Positions 41,861-48,494 of a DNA stretch of 64,000 nucleotides are shown here, one piece after another. The notes beneath the pieces were generated by a model. That model saw nothing but the letters and a program-made list of their open reading frames with translations, had not been told where the DNA came from and made no database searches. The translations under genes and the position numbers were made by a program. The stretch comes from an uncultured SAR86 cluster bacterium (lineage in GTDB: Bacteria > Pseudomonadota > Gammaproteobacteria > Magnimaribacterales > D2472), in assembly GCA_943789005.1 (NCBI GenBank), contig CALSSL010000003.1:67408-131407 (forward strand), given 5' to 3'. Numbering within the stretch: position 1 is the stretch's first letter; each line of letters opens with the position of its first letter.

Positions 41861-42177
41861 TCGAAAACTTACAGATTACCTCGTGTCAAAAGGTGAATCC
41901 TCCGTTTCCTGTTATTAAATAAATACTAATAGGACCACCTCCATGTTCAGGGTAATAATAAAATGCTAACCAGTCCCCTTAAAAAACTAATTAACAAGAC
42001 ACCCTCTTAAATTATATACAGAATGTTTGTTAAATAAAGTAATTTTTTTAGATTGATTCAGTTCTAAAAACTAAATTCCATTTGGCCTTTAGGCTCAAAA
42101 AATCTAAGATAAAAAGTTTTATTATTTACATGTATATCTATGTATCTAGTTCAGGCTTCACATCATTATTAAAATAC

Positions 42178-42276
42178 TCAAAAGCTAATGTCTTTCTTAA
42201 TTGATTTTTTGTCATGAGATGCTATGTATTTTTCAATGACTGGATCAAAGTTTTTAATTTTTACTACATTATTCAT
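42178..42276 (-). CDS. 32-codon ORF directly behind the SOS-box promoter (coding status uncertain)
   Basis: MNNVVKIKNFDPVIEKYIASHDKKSIKKDISF. The ATG lies about 10 nt after the -10 element (near-leaderless), there is no SD, and I recognise no homolog. Confidence 0.25.
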   Translation of the reverse strand: MNNVVKIKNFDPVIEKYIASHDKKSIKKDISF

Positions 42277-42285
42277 AATGCAATA

Positions 42286-42314
42286 ATTATACTGTATAAA
42301 TATACAGTATTCAA
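42286..42314 (-). promoter_or_regulatory. Sigma70-type promoter TTGAAT-17 nt-TATAAT (minus strand)
   Basis: -35 at 42314..42309, -10 at 42291..42286, and a spacer of exactly 17 nt that is occupied by the LexA box. Confidence 0.7.
42290..42309. promoter_or_regulatory. LexA (SOS) box TACTGTATAAATATACAGTA
   Basis: 19/20 match to the gammaproteobacterial consensus TACTG(TA)5CAGTA (CTGT-N8-ACAG). Confidence 0.75.
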
Positions 42315-42317
42315 CAC

Positions 42318-42892
42318 TTAGTTATCATGAACCTCGTACAGTCTATTTGATCTGAGCATATTGAACATTACCATTAAAAAAGCGATAAAGCAGGCTGAGC
42401 CAAAAACATCCCCAATAAAAAATCTTGCTACAACTTGAACAGTAAGATCTACCCCATTAATAATAGATAGGACTAAGTTTGTAAAAATAGCGTTAAATAA
42501 AGCAGAGATGATTATTACAAATATAAGAAATTTATAATTAGAAAAATTAATTTTTAATAATATAGAGGGTTTCCATGAAGAGACTTTAGACCATTTAATA
42601 ATTTCGACAGCAATAACAACAGATAGTAAAGAGGATATACTTGCGATATACCACCAATCTAAGTATTGTTCACCCCAAACCAATGTAGGGCCAGTTATCT
42701 CAGCTAAATAAAGTGCTGGGAGCGCTCTCACTCCAAAAAAACAATAAAAAATAACTCTGCACCCATGAGGCAGATATACAAGACTGCCTATCCAACCTTG
42801 ATCTAAAGTTGAAATGTAACCCATCCCCATAAAGAATATACAAGCATTGCTGCGATATAGGTTGTAAGAGTGACTTGAATAAAATATTTCAT
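42318..42892 (-). pseudogene. Polytopic membrane protein of unknown family, one frame change near the 5' end
   Basis: ORF 42318..42830 (170 aa, about 5 TM). An upstream ATG at 42892 encodes a further TM (MKYFIQVTLTTYIAAMLVYSLWG) in the frame offset by 2, joining at the TGGGGATGGG run. Confidence 0.55.
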
Positions 42893-42923
42893 TTAATTGG
42901 ATTAGATTGGTTTTGTTTAATCT

Positions 42924-43217
42924 CTAGACTGCTATTAAATCTAAAAAAACCTCTCTTCTATCAGAATCAGATTGAATAAGTCTCAACATTTTTTTATCCT
43001 CAAATGCTTTTATGGCTTTATATACAGTTGAGCGTGAAAAACCAGATGATGAAATTACATCTGATATATTACATTTACCATTATTATGAACTTCATAGGC
43101 AATTGTGTAGTATATTTTTTTTTCTGTTTCGTTGAATGAAACTAAATTTAAATCTCTATCAAGACTATGAAGCATATTAAGAAGATTTGCTATTTGTTCA
43201 ATATATTTTTCTGTCAT
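42924..43217 (-). CDS. Small winged-helix (MarR-like) DNA-binding protein
   Basis: 97 aa with ISDVISSSGFSRSTVYKAIKAFEDKKMLRLIQSDSDRREVFLDL, a wHTH pattern. Confidence 0.6.
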   Translation of the reverse strand: MTEKYIEQIANLLNMLHSLDRDLNLVSFNETEKKIYYTIAYEVHNNGKCNISDVISSSGFSRSTVYKAIKAFEDKKMLRLIQSDSDRREVFLDLIAV

Positions 43218-43274
43218 ATATTAATGTTATAACTAATTTTTAACTCAATCAACTATGTTCGAATATATATAAAT

Positions 43275-43364
43275 TGGCGGAGAGACGGGGATTCGAACCC
43301 CGGAACCAGTTACCCAGTTACTACCTTTCCAAGGTAGCGCATTCGACCACTCTGCCATCTCTCC
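43275..43364 (-). tRNA. tRNA-Ser (anticodon GGA)
   Basis: 90 nt: GGAGAGATGGCAGAGTGGTCGAATGCGCTACCTTGGAAAGGTAGTAACTGGGTAACTGGTTCCGGGGTTCGAATCCCCGTCTCTCCGCCA. Long variable arm, loop TT-GGA-AA. Confidence 0.95.
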
Positions 43365-43415
43365 TGTTGATTAGAATAGGCATTGTAGCTCATAGTAATT
43401 TTGCTTAAAACTAAA

Positions 43416-43439
43416 TGTAGGCAAATTTGTAGGCAAATA
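43416..43439 (+). repeat. 24-nt repeat TGTAGGCAAATTTGTAGGCAAATA (left copy); inverted 10-mer TTTGCCTACA at 43447..43456
   Basis: Identical to 44540..44563. Internally it is two copies of TGTAGGCAAA at a 12-nt period. Confidence 0.9.
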
Positions 43440-43482
43440 AAATTAGTTTGCCTACAAAAGTTAACAGTTAGCTAGTTTGGTT

Positions 43483-43612
43483 CTATAAATCAGTAATCTG
43501 ATTCATGTAGTTAAGATGTTCTGAGTTGTCTCTTGGTTTAATTAAACCTGCATAAACTCTAGCTGTAGTTTCCATATTCTTATGCCCTGCTCTGTTAGAT
43601 ACAGAGATAAAA
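43483..43612 (-). pseudogene. Tyrosine recombinase (integrase) C-terminal remnant
   Basis: Hand translation gives ..ISVSNRAGHKNMETTARVYAGLIKPRDNSEHLNYMNQITDL*. GHKNMETTARVY matches the LGH-x5-T-x2-Y catalytic-Tyr box. No N-terminal part or start codon. Confidence 0.6.
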
Positions 43613-43657
43613 TGGTGCCCAGAGGTAGGATCGAACCACTGACACAAGGATTTTCAG
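43613..43657 (-). pseudogene. tRNA-Phe(GAA) 3' fragment, anticodon loop to CCA (att-site relic)
   Basis: The reverse complement is CTGAAAATCCTTGTGTCAGTGGTTCGATCCTACCTCTGGGCACCA. E. coli tRNA-Phe has TTGAAAATCCCCGTGTCCTTGGTTCGATTCCGAGTCCGGGCACCA. The sequence 5' of it is not tRNA-like. Confidence 0.75.
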
Positions 43658-43727
43658 TTTTTGAGTCTAGAATAAAAACCCTATAATAATAAATTTTTCA
43701 GCGTTCACTCGTTCACTAACATGTGTT

Positions 43728-44216
43728 ATGTTAGTACACATGACAGTTAAAGAAAAAATTATGGAAGCGCTTGAGGGCGCTATTAAAGATGCTTCAAGAC
43801 CTATGGCTATTGCTTTTATGCAAACTCCAATTGAAATATACACGGATTGCGAGTTTGACTGGGATATTAATCTAAAATTCAAAGATGGACGCAGCGTCAA
43901 TCAAGGTGATTTCTCAGTTAAATGTGGAAAATCTAGCGAGCAAGAGGACGCTGTTGATGCGCTTGAAGAAGCAGCATATATTGGCGGCGCAAATTCTGAA
44001 ATGTGGCCTGAGGTTTATAGGGTTGTAAAGTTAAATTTTCAAACTTTTTTAGACGAAAGAGATGATAGAGATTTCTTACACCAGCCGGCAGAAGACTTAG
44101 ATCTCGAAACATCAAATTTTTTCGTGAGCATTTATGAGGTTATTGATGGCGGTGCCGACATTGAGAGATGGCACAGGAAAGCATATTATTTTCAAGATAT
44201 GTTAGAAGGCAAATAA
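43728..44216 (+). CDS. Highly acidic hypothetical protein, island cargo
   Basis: 162 aa with 34 D/E against 17 K/R by hand count. Four 60-nt lines counted by hand give 35-43% GC against 22-33% in neighbouring genes. The start may be ATG 43740 or later. Confidence 0.55.
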   Translation: MLVHMTVKEKIMEALEGAIKDASRPMAIAFMQTPIEIYTDCEFDWDINLKFKDGRSVNQGDFSVKCGKSSEQEDAVDALEEAAYIGGANSEMWPEVYRVVKLNFQTFLDERDDRDFLHQPAEDLDLETSNFFVSIYEVIDGGADIERWHRKAYYFQDMLEGK

Positions 44217-44315
44217 TCAAGAACCCATAAAGATTTAAATTTTATACATAATTAAAATCTAATAACTAGTATGTCTTTTTTAAAGTATATACTTTTAAAA
44301 GTACATAATTGAAAG

Positions 44316-44441
44316 ATGCCAAGAACTTATAATATCAATCTAGGAGAAGCATGGGAAACAGATAATAGATATGGTCACTTCAAAGGCTTCACATTGATAG
44401 CTGTTATGTATCTAGATGATATTCCTAAGTTGTTTGTATAG
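44316..44441 (+). CDS. 41-codon ORF (uncertain) preceded by a 14-bp palindrome
   Basis: MPRTYNINLGEAWETDNRYGHFKGFTLIAVMYLDDIPKLFV. AAAGTATATACTTT at 44282..44295 is upstream, and the GACC-CCTAG..CTAGG-TC hairpin at 44441..44464 is downstream. Confidence 0.2.
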   Translation: MPRTYNINLGEAWETDNRYGHFKGFTLIAVMYLDDIPKLFV

Positions 44442-44539
44442 ACCCCTAGCGTAGGTTCTAGGTCTAAAATACTGACGGTGATTCGTAAGTGCATTCCTTC
44501 GCTAGAGTTAGTGAAATCCCATTAAGGTAATTATTTGCT

Positions 44540-44563
44540 TGTAGGCAAATTTGTAGGCAAATA
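44540..44563 (+). repeat. 24-nt repeat TGTAGGCAAATTTGTAGGCAAATA (right copy)
   Basis: Identical to 43416..43439, in the same orientation, and inside the element. Confidence 0.9.
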
Positions 44564-44664
44564 GATTCGTATCAATAGATATCAATATATTTATCTAATA
44601 TCAGAAACAGCGTTTTTATGGGAAATTTGATAAATAAAGTAATGGTTAATACCACCATAAGAGA

Positions 44665-44703
44665 TTTCCAAGGTAGCGCATTCGACCACTCTGCCATCTC
44701 TCC
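44665..44703 (-). repeat. 39-nt duplicate of the 5' half of tRNA-Ser(GGA), from acceptor 5' end through the anticodon loop
   Basis: TTTCCAAGGTAGCGCATTCGACCACTCTGCCATCTCTCC is identical to 43326..43364. Identity stops exactly at the 3' edge of the anticodon loop. Confidence 0.92.
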
Positions 44704-44738
44704 GAATGAAGCATTTTACATGATTTAATAATCAAGAG

Positions 44739-45467
44739 TTACTGATTAAATACTCTAAAGTTTTTAAATAGAAGAGTGTTTTTATTAGAGCGAATTGGGT
44801 TTATATCTATTCCCCCTCTCCTCATGAACCTGCCACAAACTTCAAAATTAAAACCAGGGTATTTGTTATTAAATTCTAAGAGCATATCTTCAATACATTG
44901 TTCATGGAATTCACCTTTTTCTTTGAAAGAAATTAAATAAGATTTTAGCCAATTAACTTCAATTTTTGCATCTGTATTAATAAATATTTTTGCGAAATCT
45001 GGTTGCGATGTTACCGGACATATTGAACGAAATCCTGAAAAACAAATGGGCAAATTTGGTTTAGTAAATTTAAGTGAGGTTTTATTTAAGTTAATAGATT
45101 CTGGTTCTTTATGAAACTTGTTAATAAACTTAACTTTAACTGATGACTTGGTTAATTTATTTAGGTCATTTGTAATTTTTTTTAAAACATCAGCGTTATT
45201 TAAAAATTTCTTTTTATAAAAAGAATTTAAATATAATTTAAGTGATTTTGATTCAACAGTATATTGAGACGATGCTGGAATAACTATTTCAATAACTTTT
45301 AATAAAGGATCTTTGCTAGCATTTAAAAAACTAAATTCAAATGCATTCCAATAATCAAGACCAAAGACATTCTTAGATTGAGTATTTCTTGGAATAGGAT
45401 CTAGTATCTTGAATGAGCCTGGTAAATTATTTAAATTTTTATTTTTACCTAAAAATTTAGTCTTCAT
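44739..45467 (-). CDS. queF: NADPH-dependent 7-cyano-7-deazaguanine (preQ0) reductase, bimodular type
   Basis: 242 aa with ESKSLKLYLNSF (QueF motif), catalytic SICPVTSQPDFA, and EFHEQC..RRGGIDINP. Confidence 0.9.
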   Translation of the reverse strand: MKTKFLGKNKNLNNLPGSFKILDPIPRNTQSKNVFGLDYWNAFEFSFLNASKDPLLKVIEIVIPASSQYTVESKSLKLYLNSFYKKKFLNNADVLKKITNDLNKLTKSSVKVKFINKFHKEPESINLNKTSLKFTKPNLPICFSGFRSICPVTSQPDFAKIFINTDAKIEVNWLKSYLISFKEKGEFHEQCIEDMLLEFNNKYPGFNFEVCGRFMRRGGIDINPIRSNKNTLLFKNFRVFNQ

Positions 45468-46243
45468 TGTCTTATTCCTGTTCCCTTTTTAAGAAAATAT
45501 AAACATGCTCCTGTAAGAATAGCTATAAATGCACAAATCATACCAAGAGAAAAAGATATTGATACGTCACTAGCACCCAGCATTCCCTCTCTAAAAGTAT
45601 TTACAACATAAAGCATTGGATTTGCCATAGAAATTGATCTCCATATGTCAGGTAAGATATTAATAGAATAAAAAACACCGCCTAAATATATAAGAGGAGT
45701 AAGAATAAAAGTGGGTATTATGGATATATCGTCAAAACTATCAGCAAATACAGCATTTATGAACCCCATCAATGAAAATAGTATTGCTGTAAGCAAAAGA
45801 ACAGTTATTGTTAGCAATGGATTGGCAACAGTGAATTCAGGATAAAAGATTAAACTCACACCAAACACAATAAAGCCAATTAAAACACCCCTAGCAACTC
45901 CGCCTAAAACAAAACCTAGTAAAATTGCCCAATTTGGCATAGGAGAAATTAAAAGTTCCTCAATGGACTTTTGAAATTTTACCGAGTAAAAGGATGAAAC
46001 CACATTATTATATGAATTTGTAATTACAGAAAGCATGATAAGTCCAGGGATCATATATTGAATATAATCAAATCCATCCATTGATCCAATTCTAGGTCCA
46101 ATTAGAGATCCAAAAATTACAAAATATAGAGACATGGTGACAGCTGGTGGAACTAGAGTCTGAACCCAAATCCTTAGAAATCTTCTTATTTCTTTTACTG
46201 TCAATGTCCATAGAGAAACTGAAACTTTATAATTACTTTTCAT
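45464..46243 (-). CDS. ABC-2 type transporter permease (YadH-like)
   Basis: 259 aa, 6 TM, overlaps both neighbouring genes. Confidence 0.8.
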   Translation of the reverse strand: MKSNYKVSVSLWTLTVKEIRRFLRIWVQTLVPPAVTMSLYFVIFGSLIGPRIGSMDGFDYIQYMIPGLIMLSVITNSYNNVVSSFYSVKFQKSIEELLISPMPNWAILLGFVLGGVARGVLIGFIVFGVSLIFYPEFTVANPLLTITVLLLTAILFSLMGFINAVFADSFDDISIIPTFILTPLIYLGGVFYSINILPDIWRSISMANPMLYVVNTFREGMLGASDVSISFSLGMICAFIAILTGACLYFLKKGTGIRQ

Positions 46244-47153
46244 TAGAATTTACCATCTCTATAAATAATTCTTCTAGTCTATTTGATTCATTTCTCATAG
46301 ATTTAATTTTAATGTTTAATTTTGAAAATTCTGAGAATAATGCATTGATCGATCTATCTTTGTTAACTGCAGCAACCAAGGTAAGAGAATCCTCTAATTT
46401 AAGAGGAAAACCCTCAATTAATGGAGCTTCTTCTAAAGGCTCGATAAGGTCAAAAACAAAACCTTGAACATTAAGCGTGCCTAGAAGATCTTTCATACTA
46501 GTATCAGCAACCATAGTCCCTTGATCTATGATTCCAATATTACGACATAGCTGCTCAGCTTCCTCAAGATAATGAGTCGTTAGAATAATAGTTGTTCCAT
46601 TTTTATTAATTTCTTTTAAAAATGTCCACATCTCCCTTCTAAGTTCTATATCTACCCCTGCTGTTGGCTCATCAAGTATTAATAGTTTAGGATTGTGAAC
46701 TAAAGCTTTAGCAATCATTAACCTTCTTTTATAACCACCTGACAATGTTCTAGCTTGATTATTTCTTTTATCCCACAGGCTTAATCTTTTTAAAATATTT
46801 TCAACTTTTGGCATAGCTTCTGACTTGGGTATACCGTAAAACCCTGCTTGAGTTACAACAATGTCCATAACTTTTTCGAATTGCGAAAAGTTAATTTCTT
46901 GAGAAACCACACCTAACATTGTTTTTGCTTCAGCCATATCTTTATCAACATCTATACCAAAGATTTTTACCATTCCTGATGTTTTAGTAACAAGAGAGCC
47001 AATTATTCCTATAGTAGAAGATTTACCCGCACCATTCGGGCCTAATAATGCATAAAAATCTCCCTCTTTGACTTTTAAAGAAATTCCTTTTAGTGCTTCT
47101 GTGCCACCGGGATAAGTTTTTTTAAGATCTGAAATCTCTAGGGCGTATGTCAT
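46233..47153 (-). CDS. ABC transporter ATP-binding protein (YadG-like)
   Basis: 306 aa with GPNGAGKSST, LSGGYKRRL and LILDEPTAG. Confidence 0.88.
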   Translation of the reverse strand: MTYALEISDLKKTYPGGTEALKGISLKVKEGDFYALLGPNGAGKSSTIGIIGSLVTKTSGMVKIFGIDVDKDMAEAKTMLGVVSQEINFSQFEKVMDIVVTQAGFYGIPKSEAMPKVENILKRLSLWDKRNNQARTLSGGYKRRLMIAKALVHNPKLLILDEPTAGVDIELRREMWTFLKEINKNGTTIILTTHYLEEAEQLCRNIGIIDQGTMVADTSMKDLLGTLNVQGFVFDLIEPLEEAPLIEGFPLKLEDSLTLVAAVNKDRSINALFSEFSKLNIKIKSMRNESNRLEELFIEMVNSNEK

Positions 47154-47162
47154 AAATTAAAT

Positions 47163-48494
47163 TTAATTTTTATCTAAACCAATTACAAGTATGCTAAGCA
47201 AGATTCCTACCAAAAGCCCAACCCAGGCACTGAAAAAAGTAATGAAAACTGCTATTAATAACGCAGATGCCATTTCTGTATTTTTCTTTGGTATTGCCAT
47301 GGCAACATATGCGCATGCAAACCCAGTGAGTATTAATGTTAGCGTCAGGGCCATTTGCATTAATGGTTTCATTAAAGTTATGAATGGAAGCGTAAAATAA
47401 AGAATAGGTAATCCCATAAGATAATACGAACCTAATCCATCAAAAATTGAAGGCATTTCTTTAGGTCCCTTTTTCCATCTTTCTACAACAACAACATGAA
47501 CGCCAGTCCATAATGCTCCTTGAGTTGGAAAAAATGGATTTACAAGCAATCCTAAAAAGTTTCTAACAGCAATTGAGAGATGAGATCTGTCTAAGTTAAT
47601 ATCAAGAGGTTCGTCTGGTCTAGATTTTTGACCATCATTTAAAACCTCAGTAGCTGTAATTAAATCTCCAAATAGAAGTGTATAGCCTATTATTACTAGC
47701 GGAAGTGCCTCAAGATACATGGCAAATGATGGGAAGCCAATAACTAAAGGTGAAGTCTTATTAAACAAAGCAACTACATCAGGAACTTGAAAGCCCCATT
47801 GGATATCAAAAGTAACTTCTTTTAGAAAATATGCTACGAGGGCTGCAATAATAAATCCTGGTAATAAACCAAGCGAGCCCACTTTCTTGAACAAGATATT
47901 TTTTTGAGCTAATTTTTTAAACGGTTCAGAAAATGTAGTGATTACACATAAAATAATAGCAACTGCCATAGATATTGGTTGAAGCATTAATTTATCCATA
48001 TCCGTAACAAATACTTGATAAAATGCTGCTAAAGCAGCTCCTAATATAATTCCAGCTTTTAATCCGTTAGGAATAATTTGTATTAACTTTTTACCCCATC
48101 CAGTACTTCCTAAAATAAATACTAATAAAGTAAACTCGATACACATTGCTGCCATAAATTGAAATACAGCTGGATCATATACACCGTTAAACTGTCCTTT
48201 AGTAGCAAATGCTGCAATGACAATTGGTAATGCGGGTGTAATCCAACCAGGAGCCATTGGTTCTCCAAAAAATATTGGTCCAGATGCTATTAATGTTCCA
48301 GCAACAAAACTTAAAGCAACGCCCTCTTCAAAAGACAAACCTAATCCCATAGCAACAGGAACAGCTGCAAAAGCAGTTGCTCCAGATATTACCATTCCTT
48401 GAAAAAACTCACCTGCTCTAAATTTAATATGTATGAAAGGTATTCTTAATGTAAATGGTCCCCAAGATATACCTTTGTTAGTTGTTGTATTCAT
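47163..48494 (-). CDS. Polytopic permease-like membrane protein, family not identified (weak NCS2/AzgA-like resemblance)
   Basis: 443 aa with at least 10 hydrophobic segments. The ATG overlaps the stop of the VWA gene (ATGA). Confidence 0.5.
   Translation of the reverse strand: MNTTTNKGISWGPFTLRIPFIHIKFRAGEFFQGMVISGATAFAAVPVAMGLGLSFEEGVALSFVAGTLIASGPIFFGEPMAPGWITPALPIVIAAFATKGQFNGVYDPAVFQFMAAMCIEFTLLVFILGSTGWGKKLIQIIPNGLKAGIILGAALAAFYQVFVTDMDKLMLQPISMAVAIILCVITTFSEPFKKLAQKNILFKKVGSLGLLPGFIIAALVAYFLKEVTFDIQWGFQVPDVVALFNKTSPLVIGFPSFAMYLEALPLVIIGYTLLFGDLITATEVLNDGQKSRPDEPLDINLDRSHLSIAVRNFLGLLVNPFFPTQGALWTGVHVVVVERWKKGPKEMPSIFDGLGSYYLMGLPILYFTLPFITLMKPLMQMALTLTLILTGFACAYVAMAIPKKNTEMASALLIAVFITFFSAWVGLLVGILLSILVIGLDKN

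Larger units (their letters stand above)
43365..44703. mobile_element. Decayed integrative element inserted at the anticodon loop of tRNA-Ser
   Basis: Bounded by the intact tRNA-Ser and an identical 39-nt copy of its 5' half. Contains an integrase C-terminal remnant, a tRNA-Phe 3' fragment, repeated 10-12-mers near both ends and a GC-richer ORF. Confidence 0.7.

Noticed and set aside
41940-42010. preQ1-I-like tail CCCCTTAAAAAACTAA on the plus strand, with queF nearby
   Set aside because: The required P1 loop would be about 23 nt rather than about 11. The element lies on the strand with no downstream gene, and A-rich tails are common in this genome.
41861-42060. Possible known RNA classes on the minus strand (SRP/4.5S, 6S, TPP, yybP-ykoY Mn, ykkC guanidine)
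   Set aside because: I found only partial resemblances. GGGGACUGGUUAGC and UUUGACAC resemble the yybP L1 and L3 loops, ACCCUGAAC resembles TPP, and UGGUCC resembles ykkC. The hallmark motifs are missing (CUGAGA, GGAAGCAGC, GGGAGUAG with a closing P1). A covariance-model search is needed.
43612-43656. Open reading frame continuing from the integrase stub through the tRNA-Phe fragment (KSLCQWFDPTSGHH...)
   Set aside because: This stretch is tRNA sequence. The H-x-x-R to G-H spacing it would imply is far too short for a recombinase, so only the part below about 43612 is treated as integrase-derived.
43667-44115. Minus-strand ORFs 43667..43900 (77 aa) and 43933..44115 (60 aa)
   Set aside because: They are antisense to the longer acidic ORF, have no start context, and their composition looks like a mirror frame.
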